Source: Myxococcota bacterium
GTDB lineage: Bacteria; Myxococcota_A; UBA796; SXON01
Assembly (NCBI GenBank): GCA_040386535.1
Contig: JAZKFH010000010.1
Span: 40,799-104,798 of the forward strand
DNA length: 64,000 bases
Direction of reading: 5' to 3'
This document shows positions 51,609-62,161 of the stretch, piece after piece. Made by a program: the position numbers and the translations under genes. Each line of letters opens with the position of its first letter. Positions within the stretch are counted from its first letter, which is position 1. Below the pieces are notes generated by a model. The model was not told where the DNA came from. It ran no database searches and saw only the letters and a list, made by a program, of their open reading frames with translations.

Positions 51609-51669
51609 CCAAGGCCTCGGTCCGGGCCCCGTGCGTGCAGGGAAAGCGTCGTAGGCGTAGAATGCACGG

Positions 51670-54505
51670 ATGTCCCTGTCGATGCCCCTGCCCGCGCGCG
51701 CGAGCGCCTTCCTCGCGTTGATTTCCCTCTGCTCGACCGAAGCCCACGCGGGCACCACCGAGTGGTCGCTGCCGAGCGGGCTCGTCGTGCTTCACCGTCC
51801 CGATCCTCGCTTCCCGATCGTCCGCGTGGTGGTGACCGTCGGGGGTGGCACGGCGGATACCGCCCCGGGACAGCGACCGCTCGCCCACCTCGCGGAGCAC
51901 GTCGCCTTCCGCGCGGGCCTCGCCGGTGGCCCCGCGTACCAGACCCTCCGCGCCGCGGGATGCGGCGTGAACGGCACCACCCGGCTGGACACCACGGTCT
52001 TCACGGTGGAGTGCCCGACCGACGCGGCCGCGCTCGCCGTGCGCTTCGCCGTCTCGGTGGCGACACACGACTTCGAGGGCATCAAGGACGACGACGTGCT
52101 GGCCGAGGCCCGCGTGGTGCTCGCCGAGACCACCCAGCGGCTGGACGCAGGTGTGCTGGTGTACGACCAGGCGATGCAAGGCGTGTTCACCGCCGACCAC
52201 CCGTACCGGCTCGACGAGCGGGTCCCGGAGGATCTGCTCGCCCTTCGGCGTGCCGACGTGGAGGGGTTCTTCCGCGCCCACTACGTCCCCGCCGAGGTCG
52301 TGATCGCGGTGGAAGGTGACGTCGACGCGAGCGCGCTCGCGGGGCTCATCGCCCACGCGGCCGGAGACGGCTTTGCCCACCCCCGGCAGCGGCGCGGCGA
52401 CATCGCCGAGTGGCCCGCGGGCGCGATCCCCATCCAGTGGCTCTCCCCCTTCGCCGCCACCTGGTTCCGCGACCCCGACCACCCCGAGCGTGCCCTCGAG
52501 AGCGGCCACCTCCTCCCCAAGGCCGCGCGCACGCCCCCGCCGGTCCCCGAGCCCGACCCCGGGCCGCGCTCGGCGCGCCACAGCGGCACCTGGCCGCAGG
52601 TGCAGGTGGCCTGGTACCTGCCCCCCGCGGACCAGCACAACTGGGTCCACCTGAGCGAGTCGGAGGTGTTCGCGACGGACGCGTTGCGGAAGGTGTTCGC
52701 CGCCGAGGGCGTCATCAGCGGCGAATGCGACGCGTACCTCGGCACGCGCGGCTCCGCGCTGATGTGCACCGCGGAGGTGGAGACCGAGGAACAGATGGCC
52801 CCGGTCGGGTCGGCGCATCGCGAAGGCGTTCCAGCACGAGCTCACGTGGAACGAGGGGAAGCGGCTGATCGCGGCCGACGACGTGGACGCCCGCGCCTGG
52901 CGCGCCGTGGTCCGCCGCGACCAGGTCGGCATCGAGGATCTCGAGGAGCTGAGCGCGTACCGGTTGGCGACCGGCCGCTTCAACCTCGAGGGCGAGCGGA
53001 TGAAGGCGCTCGACTCCGGCGGCGGCTCCTCGGGATGGGTGGGGCTCCGGCGCGCGTGGCTCGGACCCGCCCGGGCGGTCACGACGCTGGTGGAGCCGGA
53101 ATCGCGCGCGTCCATGGCCCCCGAGGGCACGTCGGAGGGCGTGAGCGGAGCGGCACAGGCGGTCCGTTGGCCAGCAACCGCGCTCGGACACGTGGCGGCG
53201 GAGCAGGCCGAGGAGAGCGTGCTCCCGAACGGGCTGCGGACGGTCGTCCTCCCGTTGCCGCGCGCGGAGATCGCCGCCTGGCGGCTTGCCGTGCCGTCGC
53301 TACCGGGGCTGGAGTACCTCGAGCCCGTGGTGGACGCCGCGCTCCGGGCCCCGGACCGCTTCGAGGGAAACGCCCTGTACTACAACTGGGACGTGCGCGA
53401 CTACGGCCTCGCGACGAACCAGAAGGGCACCTGGGAGCCCCGGAACCTGTTGCGTTCCCTCTGGGGGACGGTGGAGTCGCTCCGCGTCGTCGGCGTGCGG
53501 CAGGCGTTCCGCCGCCTGGTGATGAGCGAGGTCTACGCCGGGCGCAGCGCCTACACCTGGATCGAGCGCGCGTGGCGACGCGCGACGCGCGAGGATCCGG
53601 AGCGGGACGGTCTGCCGGAGATCGACGAGGCGATTCGGACGCCCGGCGCGGTAGACGCCTACCTCGCGGCTCGCTACCAACCGGGCCGCGCGACGCTGCT
53701 GCTCACGGGCGCGGTGGACACGGACGCCCGCACGCGGATCGTCGAGGAGCTGGGCGACTGGAGCGCGTCCTCCTCGGCCCCGCCCGCGCTGCGCGTCGCG
53801 AAGCGCCGCGCGCCGACTCCCGAGGCGATCGTGCTCGACCGCGACGGTGCGGGACGGACGGTCTCGGTGACCTGGGCGTGCCCCACCAACGAGGCGGGGA
53901 CCACCGCTCCGGATCCGCTCACCGCCTCGCTCCTCGGCGTGCTCGCCGCCGATCGCCTCTACGACGCGGTGCGGGCGTCGAGCGGGCTCACCTACACCCC
54001 GTGGGCGTGGACCGAGTCGCGCGGGGGTAGCGTCGACCTCTTCCTCAGCGCGGCGACGGAGCTGGGCCGAGAAGCGGAGGTGCTCGCCGCGCTGCGAGCC
54101 GTCGTCGACGACCTGGGCAGCGCGCGCGCGGAGTCGTGGCTGGACGCGGCCCGGCGCCAGGTGACGGCCGACGAGCTGCGTGAGGGCTCGTCCGTCCTCG
54201 GGCTCGCCTGGACGCTGGCCTCCGGCGTTGGGCGTCATGGCTCCCTGTCGGACCTGCGCGCGAGCCGAACGGCGCTGGCCGGTGTGGACGCGCGTCGCGT
54301 GGCCGATCTGGTGCGCACCTGCGGCAAGGCAGGCGTCGCCATCCTGGTGGGCCCCGCCGAGGAGGTCGCGGCCGGCCTCGCCGGGGGTGATCTCCCCGTC
54401 CGGGTGCTCGACTGGCGCGCCGAGCACATGGCCCTCGTGCAGCGCTGGCTCCCCGAGGTGCAGAAGCGCGAGTCGGACTGGCTCGAACGGGCGCGACGGA
54501 AGTGA
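51670..54505 (+). pseudogene. M16 (insulinase/PqqL-like) zinc peptidase, frameshifted near 52806
   Basis: Signal peptide, inverted zincin HLAEH, NGTTRLDTT, HPY, FFRAHYVP. The frame shifts at GTCGGGTCGG. The downstream frame (GRRIAKAFQHEL...LPNGLRTVV...YQPGRATLLLTG...SSGLTY) encodes the second M16 half. Confidence 0.8.
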
Positions 54506-54584
54506 GGGTCTCGCGGGGCTCGGCGCGGTCCCGGCGGCGTTCTAGTCGAGATCGACGACGCAGCACGAGCGCACGGGACAGCCC

Positions 54585-55094
54585 CTACTCGACAAGCGTG
54601 GTCGAGAACGTGGCGTCGAGCGTGGTGCTGTCGCCGAACTCCGAGGTGAGGGTCACGCCCGTCAACCCGACGATGGCCAGGCCGTCCGCATCGACCGACA
54701 CGTCTGCGGCGCCGGCGGTGGCGTCGTAGGTACGGCTCACGGACGGGCTGAAGTCTTCGGGCTCCCCGCACAGGCCCTCGTCGAGGCCGCACCCGATCTC
54801 GAAGGCGATATGGAACTGGTCGTCCGGGAGCGTGTAGGTGGCTGCGGCGGCCTCGCCGTGGAGCGCGGCGACGAACTCCGGGGCATCGAGCGTGAGGCGC
54901 AGGATGCCCCGCCCGTCGAGGGCGCGGAGCTGCCAGTTGCATCCGTGCACCTGGTCGAGCGAGGCGGCCCAGTCCTCCTCGAAGGAGGCATCGCCGCCGT
55001 CGCAGACCACGTCGTCGTCGACGAGAACGAAGTCGCGGTCGGGGATTCCGCACGCGACGACCGGGAGGATGGCGAGGGCGGCGAGGCGTGGCAT
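54585..55094 (-). CDS. Small acidic lipoprotein
   Basis: MPRLAALAILPVVA|C, with four further Cys. Confidence 0.7.
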   Translation of the reverse strand: MPRLAALAILPVVACGIPDRDFVLVDDDVVCDGGDASFEEDWAASLDQVHGCNWQLRALDGRGILRLTLDAPEFVAALHGEAAAATYTLPDDQFHIAFEIGCGLDEGLCGEPEDFSPSVSRTYDATAGAADVSVDADGLAIVGLTGVTLTSEFGDSTTLDATFSTTLVE

Positions 55095-55431
55095 GGGCGC
55101 TCCGGCCACGCAAGGTAGCCGAGCGCGTGAACGCCGGCCCTTGCCGCACACGGAAGGCGATCGGGTGCGAATCTACGGGCACGCGTAGGTGAAGGTCATC
55201 ACCCGGTCCCCTCGCGCTTCCATCCAACCATAGCGAAGGCTCGCGCGGGTGCCTACACCAAACAACGTGCGGCGGCGCGGTCCCGACCAGGCGCATCGGG
55301 CTGGTAACCAACGGGTGACCTTTCGCGCGGAGGCCCCAAGTTGGTAACCGAGTGTCAGCCGTGCCGCCCCGGCGCGACCACGCCACTTACGCATTGCCAG
55401 AGCGGGGAGGGTCGATGCGGACCGGACGACC

Positions 55432-56508
55432 GTGGTGCAAGCTGCAATGCAGCCTGGGAGACGTCGGTTGACCGCCGTGGGCGGGGCCGTGGCGACGGTA
55501 CCGGGGCTCCGCTACTCCCCGGACGCGGAGCTCGTGTGGCGGCGGCGGCGGGTCGGGAAGAACTTCTCCTACGTCGACGAAAACGGGCGCCCCCTCCGAG
55601 ACGCCGACACGCTGCGTCGCATCCGCTCCATCGCCATCCCGCCGGCGTGGACGGAGGTGCGCATCTGTCCCGCGCCGGAGGGACACATCCAGGCCGTGGG
55701 GCGTGATGCGCGCGGACGCAAGCAATACCGCTACCACCCCGGCTGGCGCGCCGATCGCGACGAGACGAAGTACGAGCGCACGGTCCGCTTCGGGCGGGTG
55801 CTCCCCGCCATCCGTGCCCGCATCCACCAGGATCTCGGGCTCTCCGGCCTTCCGCGCGAGAAGGTGCTCGCGACGGTCGTGCGCCTGCTCGAGCTCACCC
55901 TCATCCGCGTCGGCAACGCCGAGTACGCGCGGACGAACAAGTCCTACGGGCTCACGACGCTCCGAACCCGCCACGTCCAGGCCGACAAGAGCACGCTGCG
56001 CTTCCATTTCCGTGGCAAGTCGGGCGTGGTCCACCGTGTCACCATCGACGATCGGCGCCTCGCCCGCGTCGTGCGCGAGTGCCTCCATCTCCCCGGCCAG
56101 GAGCTCTTCCAATACGTGGACGACGCCGGTCACCGGCACGCGATCGCCTCGTGCGACGTGAACGCGTGGCTCCGGGAGGTGACCGGGGAGGACTTCACCG
56201 CCAAGGACTTCCGCACCTGGGGCGGCACGATGCTCGCCGCCCGCGCCTTCCACGCGCTGGCGGAGGAGTCGATCCCGCCCAAGAAAGCCATCCGCCGCGT
56301 CGCGGAGTCCGTCGCCTCGCGGCTGGGCAACACCCCCGCGGTGTGTCGCAGTTGTTACATCCACCCGGCCGTCGTCGACGCGTGGATCGACGGCACGCTG
56401 CCCGCAGCGCTCACCGGCGCGGACCAGGAGGAAGCCGCCGAATCCGCGCTGCTCGGCCTCCTGGAGGCGCGCACGCAGGCGGCGCCCGGGGGTCGCAGTG
56501 CCCCCTGA
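55432..56508 (+). CDS. Bacterial DNA topoisomerase IB (poxvirus-like)
   Basis: IPPAWTEV, GRDARGRKQYRYHP, IRVGN, FRGKSG, TAKDFRTWGGT, LGNTPAVCRSCYIHP (catalytic Tyr). The start codon is uncertain. Confidence 0.95.
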   Translation: MVQAAMQPGRRRLTAVGGAVATVPGLRYSPDAELVWRRRRVGKNFSYVDENGRPLRDADTLRRIRSIAIPPAWTEVRICPAPEGHIQAVGRDARGRKQYRYHPGWRADRDETKYERTVRFGRVLPAIRARIHQDLGLSGLPREKVLATVVRLLELTLIRVGNAEYARTNKSYGLTTLRTRHVQADKSTLRFHFRGKSGVVHRVTIDDRRLARVVRECLHLPGQELFQYVDDAGHRHAIASCDVNAWLREVTGEDFTAKDFRTWGGTMLAARAFHALAEESIPPKKAIRRVAESVASRLGNTPAVCRSCYIHPAVVDAWIDGTLPAALTGADQEEAAESALLGLLEARTQAAPGGRSAP

Positions 56509-57922
56509 CATCCGCCACGTGGTCTTCCTCATGCAGGAGAACCAGTCGTTCGACCGCATGTTGGGTTGGTTGCCGCCGCCGCACGACGTCGCGCGGCCGG
56601 GGGCGCGGCTGGCCATCGTCCCGCGCCCCGATCAGGATTGGCTCGGGCCCTCCTTCGAGGTGACCTGGGGCCCCGGGGCCGTCCGCCGCACCATGTTCGC
56701 GACCCCCCATTTCCCTGGCACCTGGCTCCGAAAAGGGTTCTGGCCCAACGCGCCCCGGGGGCTACCGTACGACCAGTCCGAAGCGCGCCAGCCCCAGGTC
56801 GTCGCCGAGAAGATGACACGCTCTTCCGTGGCGCGGGCCTTCCGCGCCGAGGAGCGGCAGGCCGCCCGCGTCACCGAGCTCGCCCGGGCGATCGTCACCC
56901 AGTCGTTCGTGCACCTCTCGGCGACAGACGTGCCCGTGTACGATTTTCTGGCACGCAACTTCGTGGTGTGCAACCGCTGGTTCGCCACAGAAGGGAGCTT
57001 CACGTGGCCCAACCGGATGGCCCTGGCACAGGATCGGCGCTGGGCCTTCGGGGACCCGCGCGCGGCCGGCCTCAAGGGGGTGCTGGGCGCCGCCGGCATC
57101 GAGCTGGAGATGCTCGGCTGGGGGTACGGCGCGAGCGTGATGCGGTGGCTCTCCCCCACCTTCGCGGGGTACACCGGCGCGTTCGGCGCGGACTCCTGGC
57201 GGGACCAGCTCGATCGGGTGTTCGACCGCTGGGATCACGAGTCGGACCGCCCGCACTTCCTGTGGGTCGAGAGCACCCACTCCGCGACAGGCACCCGGCG
57301 GCTGTGCAACGATCACCGCTATGCGTCCGTGCTCGACGGGCAGGCGTTCGTCCGGGACATCTACCAGTCCCTCCGCGCGCACCCCTCCATCTGGGAGCAC
57401 TGTCTCTTCGTCGTCACCTACGACGAACACGGCGGCTGGTACGACCACGTGATCCCACCCCGGGCGCCGTGGGCCCGGACGGGGTCCGAGCGCTGGCGCG
57501 ATCGCCTCGGCGGCCGGGTTCCGACCTTCCTCGTCTCCCCCTGGGTCCGCGCGGGCGCGCTGCACGACACGCTCGACCACACCTCGCTCCTCGCGTGGCT
57601 CGCGCTCACCTTCCCTCCCGCTGCCGGGCGGCCGCGGCCCGCGCTCGGCCTCTCCGGCCACCACCACGGCGACCCGTTCGCAAACGCCTGGGTGGGCGCG
57701 CCGCGTGACATTCCCGCGGCGCCACCCGACCCCTGGACCGGGTTCGATCCCCGCGTGGAGGGCTCGCTCGCGCTGGCGTACGCGCGCTACCTCGGTCCCC
57801 ACGGCCGGCCGGATTGGTTCGACGCGTCCGCGGCCGAGGAGCAGGACCCCGACGCGCTGAGCGCGCAGGTCGCGGCCACGGTCGAAGGGGTGGTCGTGGT
57901 GCCGGATCCCGAGGAGGCGTGA
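56498..57922 (+). CDS. Phosphoesterase (phospholipase C / acid phosphatase AcpA family)
   Basis: IRHVVFLMQENQSFDRMLG, TWPNR, VTYDEHGGWYDHV, GGRVPTFLVSPW, DHTSLL. Overlaps the topoisomerase IB gene. Confidence 0.88.
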   Translation: MPPDIRHVVFLMQENQSFDRMLGWLPPPHDVARPGARLAIVPRPDQDWLGPSFEVTWGPGAVRRTMFATPHFPGTWLRKGFWPNAPRGLPYDQSEARQPQVVAEKMTRSSVARAFRAEERQAARVTELARAIVTQSFVHLSATDVPVYDFLARNFVVCNRWFATEGSFTWPNRMALAQDRRWAFGDPRAAGLKGVLGAAGIELEMLGWGYGASVMRWLSPTFAGYTGAFGADSWRDQLDRVFDRWDHESDRPHFLWVESTHSATGTRRLCNDHRYASVLDGQAFVRDIYQSLRAHPSIWEHCLFVVTYDEHGGWYDHVIPPRAPWARTGSERWRDRLGGRVPTFLVSPWVRAGALHDTLDHTSLLAWLALTFPPAAGRPRPALGLSGHHHGDPFANAWVGAPRDIPAAPPDPWTGFDPRVEGSLALAYARYLGPHGRPDWFDASAAEEQDPDALSAQVAATVEGVVVVPDPEEA

Positions 57923-57931
57923 GGGCGACGC

Positions 57932-58357
57932 TCACTCGATCGTGAGCGTGACCTCGGTATCCACGGGCGGATCGAGCTCGATGTGGTCACTGTCGACCAG
58001 CGTCACGCGGTACACGTAGTCGCCTGCGGGATCCTCGGCGGCCGTCTGGATGGTGACGTACGGGGTCCAGTGCGCCGTGTAGTTCCCGTCGAGGTACACG
58101 TGGTAGTGCCCCTCCCCCGCCGTCGCCTCCGGCCGCGGCCGCCCGGTCGGGTCGACCACGACGTAGTTCTCGATCCACACGTCGAGCTGCGCGGACTCCC
58201 CCGCAACCACCGTGGAGGGTGTGAACGCCGCCGTCACGCTCGGGAGCGGCGCGACCGTGTCGGTGTCCGGCTCGGCCCCGGTGTCGTCCTTCTCGTCTGG
58301 CGTCCCGGTGCAGGCAACCGCTCCGATCAGGGACACGGCGAACAGGTACTGCGTCAT
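57932..58357 (-). CDS. Small lipoprotein with a His-rich putative metal site
   Basis: MTQYLFAVSLIGAVA|C with a GAGG RBS. GEGHYHVYLDG ... VTLVDSDH. Confidence 0.75.
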   Translation of the reverse strand: MTQYLFAVSLIGAVACTGTPDEKDDTGAEPDTDTVAPLPSVTAAFTPSTVVAGESAQLDVWIENYVVVDPTGRPRPEATAGEGHYHVYLDGNYTAHWTPYVTIQTAAEDPAGDYVYRVTLVDSDHIELDPPVDTEVTLTIE

Positions 58358-58410
58358 CTCGAACCTCCATTGGGGTGTCCCAGGATGCCCCTGTGGCGCC
58401 GCTTTGTGTA

Positions 58411-58441
58411 TGGTCCAGTTTCGAGATACCGAGGTGGTCCA
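58411..58441. promoter_or_regulatory. Direct-repeat operator of the MocR regulator
   Basis: TGGTCCA at 58411 and at 58435, in the gap between the divergent genes. MocR/GabR proteins are known to bind short direct and inverted repeats. Confidence 0.55.
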
Positions 58442-59908
58442 ATGCGTACCTGGGAGCTCAGCCTCGATCTTTCGCACCGGGACGCCGACCTCCCGGTGTA
58501 CCGGCGCATCGCCCGGCTCATCGCCGCCGACATCGCGCGCGGGCGGCTCCGCCCCGGCGAGCAGCTGCCCTCGACCCGGGTCCTCGCGAGCGAGCTCGGC
58601 GTGAACCGCAACACCGTGGTGGCCGCGTTCGAAGTCCTCCGGACCGAAGAGTGGATCACCGGAAAGACCACGAGCGGGACCTACGTTGCGGACCGGGTCC
58701 CCTCTCCCCTACCCCCGGTCACCCCCTCAGCCCGAAGCGCGTTCGATCTCCCACCGTTGCTCTCGGGGCAACCGCCCCTCGCGCGAACCGCCGGGTTGTT
58801 GCTCCTCCTGGGTGGCGTCCCGGACCTGCGGTTCGTCCCCCACCGGGAGCTCGCGCGCGCCCTGGGCCAGTCGCTCCGGGGAGCACGCAGCCGGCGCCTC
58901 CTGGACTACGCCGACCCCCAGGGCAACGAGCGCCTCCGCGTCGCCCTGTGCGACCTGTTGGCCCGGCTCCGGGGCATTCAGGCGCCACCGTCCGCGATCT
59001 GCGTGGTCCGCGGCAGCCAGCAGGCGCTGTACCTCGCCGCGCGAGCGCTCCTCTCCCCGGGAGACGTGGTGGCGGTCGAAGCCTGCGGGTTTCCGCCGAC
59101 CTGGCAGGTCCTGCGCCTCGCGGGATGCGAGCCGGTCCCGATCCCGGTCGACGCGCAAGGGATCGACGTGGACCAGCTAGCGGCGGTGTGTGCGACCCGT
59201 CGGGTGCGCGCGGTGGTGGTCACCCCACACCACCACACGCCGACCACCGTGACCCTGTCGCCCGCTCGTCGCACCCAGCTCCTGGCGCTCGCCGCCCACC
59301 ATCGGATGATGGTGATCGAAGACGACTACGACTTCGACTTCCACTACGACGGCCCTCCGGTGTTGCCGCTCGCCGCTTCGGACACGGCCGGGGTGGTGGT
59401 CTACGTCGGCACGTTGTCGAAGACCCTCGCGCCGGGCCTCCGGCTCGGGTACCTCGTCGGCGGCCCCGACGTCGTCTCGCGGATCAGCGCGTACCGCACC
59501 TGGGTGGACCAGCAGGGCGATCAGGTCCTGGAGCACGCCGTGGCCCTGCTGCTGGAGGAGGGGGTCGTCCAGCGCCATGTCCGGCGGGCCCGGCGGGTGT
59601 ACCAGGCGCGGCGGGATGTCTTGTGCAACGCGCTCCGCGAGCACCTCCCCGAGCTCCGGTTCCAGGTGCCGGCCGGCGGAATGGCGGTGTGGGCCCAGGC
59701 GCCGGGCGTCGACACGGACCGATGGGTCGAGCGCGCGCTCCTGGGCGGCGTAGCGATGCAGGCCGGGCGGCGGTTCCGGTTCGACGGCTCGGCGAGCGAC
59801 CACGTCCGGATCGGGTTCGCCGCCTGCAACGAGGCCGAGCTGCTGGAGGCGGTGGGCCGGCTGGCCGCGACGGTAGCGGCGGGGACCATACCATCGAGGT
59901 GGCAATGA
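58442..59908 (+). CDS. MocR/GabR-family regulator (GntR HTH + PLP-dependent aminotransferase domain)
   Basis: LRPGEQLPSTRVLASELGVNRNTV, GSQQAL, IEDDYD, VGTLSKTLAPGLRLG (PLP Lys). Confidence 0.95.
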   Translation: MRTWELSLDLSHRDADLPVYRRIARLIAADIARGRLRPGEQLPSTRVLASELGVNRNTVVAAFEVLRTEEWITGKTTSGTYVADRVPSPLPPVTPSARSAFDLPPLLSGQPPLARTAGLLLLLGGVPDLRFVPHRELARALGQSLRGARSRRLLDYADPQGNERLRVALCDLLARLRGIQAPPSAICVVRGSQQALYLAARALLSPGDVVAVEACGFPPTWQVLRLAGCEPVPIPVDAQGIDVDQLAAVCATRRVRAVVVTPHHHTPTTVTLSPARRTQLLALAAHHRMMVIEDDYDFDFHYDGPPVLPLAASDTAGVVVYVGTLSKTLAPGLRLGYLVGGPDVVSRISAYRTWVDQQGDQVLEHAVALLLEEGVVQRHVRRARRVYQARRDVLCNALREHLPELRFQVPAGGMAVWAQAPGVDTDRWVERALLGGVAMQAGRRFRFDGSASDHVRIGFAACNEAELLEAVGRLAATVAAGTIPSRWQ

Positions 59909-59963
59909 CGATGACACGCTGCTCGGCCGCCCGGGGGACGACGACATCCACCACTCGGCCCGC

Positions 59964-61781
59964 GTGCCCATAGCGGCGCCCAAGCCGCGCTGGCTCCTGG
60001 CGCTCCTCGCGGCCGGCTGCTCGGAGTACCAATTCGGGGGCGACAAGGAGGCCGCCCTGGCGGATTCTTCTGCGTGCGTTCCCTGTGACCTCGCGCCGCC
60101 GGCGCCGGGCGTCGTGGGGATGGACGCCACGTGCACGCACCCCTCGCTCACGGTGGACGATGCCTATGACATCGTGGTCAAACGTGAACTCACGGTGGAC
60201 ACCTCCTGGGGCTCGACCCATGGCGGAGTTGCCGCGCCCCTCGTCGCGGACCTCGATGGTGACGGCACGTCCGAGATCATCCTGACCGACTGTCCGCTCG
60301 TCTCGTCCACGAGCTGCGCCATGGCGGTGTTCGACGCGGGGGGCACGCCCCTGTGGAGTGTGCTGACACCCGAGCTGAGGGCGCCGTACGCGGCGGTGGA
60401 CTTGGACGGCCTGCCCGGCGCCGAGCTCCTCGTGCCTCGCTACGCAGACGAGCGGTTGACCGAAATCGTCCTGGTCGCCCTGCGCGGCGACGGCACCGAG
60501 CTCTGGACCTTCACGGGCGACTGGGATCCCCACGGGCCGCTCGTGGTGGCGGACCTCGCCGGTGACGGCAGCCCCGAGATCCTGAGCGCCGGCCTGATCC
60601 TCGACGCGGCCACGGGGGCGCGTCGCGGTGCCTACGACGCGCCCCACTCGTCCGGTGGGAGCATCGCCGTGGCGGATGTGGATTTGGATGGCACACAAGA
60701 GTTTGCCACCGGTGGGTCGCTCCTCGCGGCGGATGGCTCGGCCAGGTGGGCGCTCGCGTCGGACTGGCGGTATGGTCTGGCCATCGCGCTCCAGGCCGAC
60801 GCGGACGCGGCGCCCGAATTCGTCTTCGTCTCCGCGGGCTTCCTCGTGGTCGACGGGGACGGCACGGTGCTCGTGGAGCGTGACGTCCCGGGGCTCGACT
60901 GGACGAGCACGGCGGTGGCGGACGTGGACGGCGACGGCGTCCCCGACATCGTCGTGGAGCGGCCCGACTGGACGACGGCGGCGTACCATCTCGACGGGTC
61001 GCTCGTCTGGGAGCGCGACGACCCCGACTGGGTCCTCTCGATCACCGGGTGGGACGTGGACGCCGACGGAGCCTCCGAGCTCATCGTGCAGACGGGCGAC
61101 TCAGGGGCCGGCGATGGCGCGGTGAAGATCCTGTCGGGCAGGGACGGGTCGCTGCTGTGGTCGGCTGCCAACGTCATGCACGGCGAGGCCGCCCCCATCG
61201 TGGCGGACATCGATGGCGACGGGCATGCCGAGCTCCTCGTTACGGGCGGCCAGCCGCGCGAGACGGGGGGCGTGCCGTCCCTCACGATCTACCACCAGGC
61301 CGCCGATACCTGGCCCGCCGCGGGGCCGGCGTGGCCTGTCCCGAACTACGCGATCACGGACGTGGGCCCTGCCGGGGAGCTGCCCCGCGGCGAGGCGGAT
61401 CCACCCGCGTGGACCTACGGAGTGTTCCACGCGCGCCCTGCGGTGGACGGCCAGGGCGTCGACCTCTCCCTGGCCGCGATCGACACCTGCTTCGACCGCT
61501 GCGGCGCGGAGGAAACCGTGCAGCTCGCGGTCTCCGTTTCAAACACCGGGCCCCGGCCCGCACACGATGTCGTGCTGCGGGTGTACGCCGGGGAGACCGC
61601 GGTGGCCGAGGACGTGCTGCCGCGGATCGGGGCGGGGGAGGCCGCCGAAGGGGTGATCCTGACCGTCCCCGCTGGCCGCTTCGATCTCGGCGCCGTGCGC
61701 GTGGTGGCCGACCCCGACGACGCCTTGCCCGAGTGCGACGAGTCGAACAACGAGCTTCCCGTCGTGGACCCGCGGTGGTGA
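59964..61781 (+). CDS. FG-GAP/VCBS repeat lipoprotein with a C-terminal CARDB-like Ig domain
   Basis: Lipobox LAAG|C. Repeated VADLDGDG..EI. C-terminal V.NTGP.PA...VVADPDD...ECDESNN. Confidence 0.85.
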   Translation: MPIAAPKPRWLLALLAAGCSEYQFGGDKEAALADSSACVPCDLAPPAPGVVGMDATCTHPSLTVDDAYDIVVKRELTVDTSWGSTHGGVAAPLVADLDGDGTSEIILTDCPLVSSTSCAMAVFDAGGTPLWSVLTPELRAPYAAVDLDGLPGAELLVPRYADERLTEIVLVALRGDGTELWTFTGDWDPHGPLVVADLAGDGSPEILSAGLILDAATGARRGAYDAPHSSGGSIAVADVDLDGTQEFATGGSLLAADGSARWALASDWRYGLAIALQADADAAPEFVFVSAGFLVVDGDGTVLVERDVPGLDWTSTAVADVDGDGVPDIVVERPDWTTAAYHLDGSLVWERDDPDWVLSITGWDVDADGASELIVQTGDSGAGDGAVKILSGRDGSLLWSAANVMHGEAAPIVADIDGDGHAELLVTGGQPRETGGVPSLTIYHQAADTWPAAGPAWPVPNYAITDVGPAGELPRGEADPPAWTYGVFHARPAVDGQGVDLSLAAIDTCFDRCGAEETVQLAVSVSNTGPRPAHDVVLRVYAGETAVAEDVLPRIGAGEAAEGVILTVPAGRFDLGAVRVVADPDDALPECDESNNELPVVDPRW

Positions 61782-61785
61782 GCCC

Positions 61786-62129
61786 GTGATCCCCGTGCTC
61801 CTCCCCCTCCTGACGTGCGGCGAGCCCGGGGCGGACGCCCGATGGGCTCGATACGGACACGCCCGCGATCTGCGTCGAGTACGGCCCGTTCGCCGGAGTC
61901 CGCGAGATGGGCGGCGGCGCGATCCTGTGGGCGCCGCCGACCCTCGACTACGCCGGGGGCGGGAGCGCCCTCACGGCCGCTGACCTCAACGGCGACGGCT
62001 TCGCCGACTTCCTCGCGGGCTCCAAGGCCCGCCGACAACGACGCCCTCGGAGCGGCCTTCCTCCTGCTGGGCGGGCCTCGCGACCAGGCGGGGGCGGCGA
62101 GGGGGCGGCGAGGGGGCGGCCAGCCGTAG
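61786..62129 (+). pseudogene. Degenerate FG-GAP gene remnant
   Basis: Signal-like VIPVLLPLLTC, GSALTAADLNGDGFADFLAG and DNDALGAAFLLLGG lie in three different frames. Confidence 0.5.
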
Positions 62130-62161
62130 CGCGGGGCCGTGCGATGGTGCTACACAACGGC

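Noticed and set aside
55432..56508. Tyrosine integrase marking a prophage or island
   Set aside because: The motifs match topoisomerase IB specifically, and there are no phage genes or att repeats around it.
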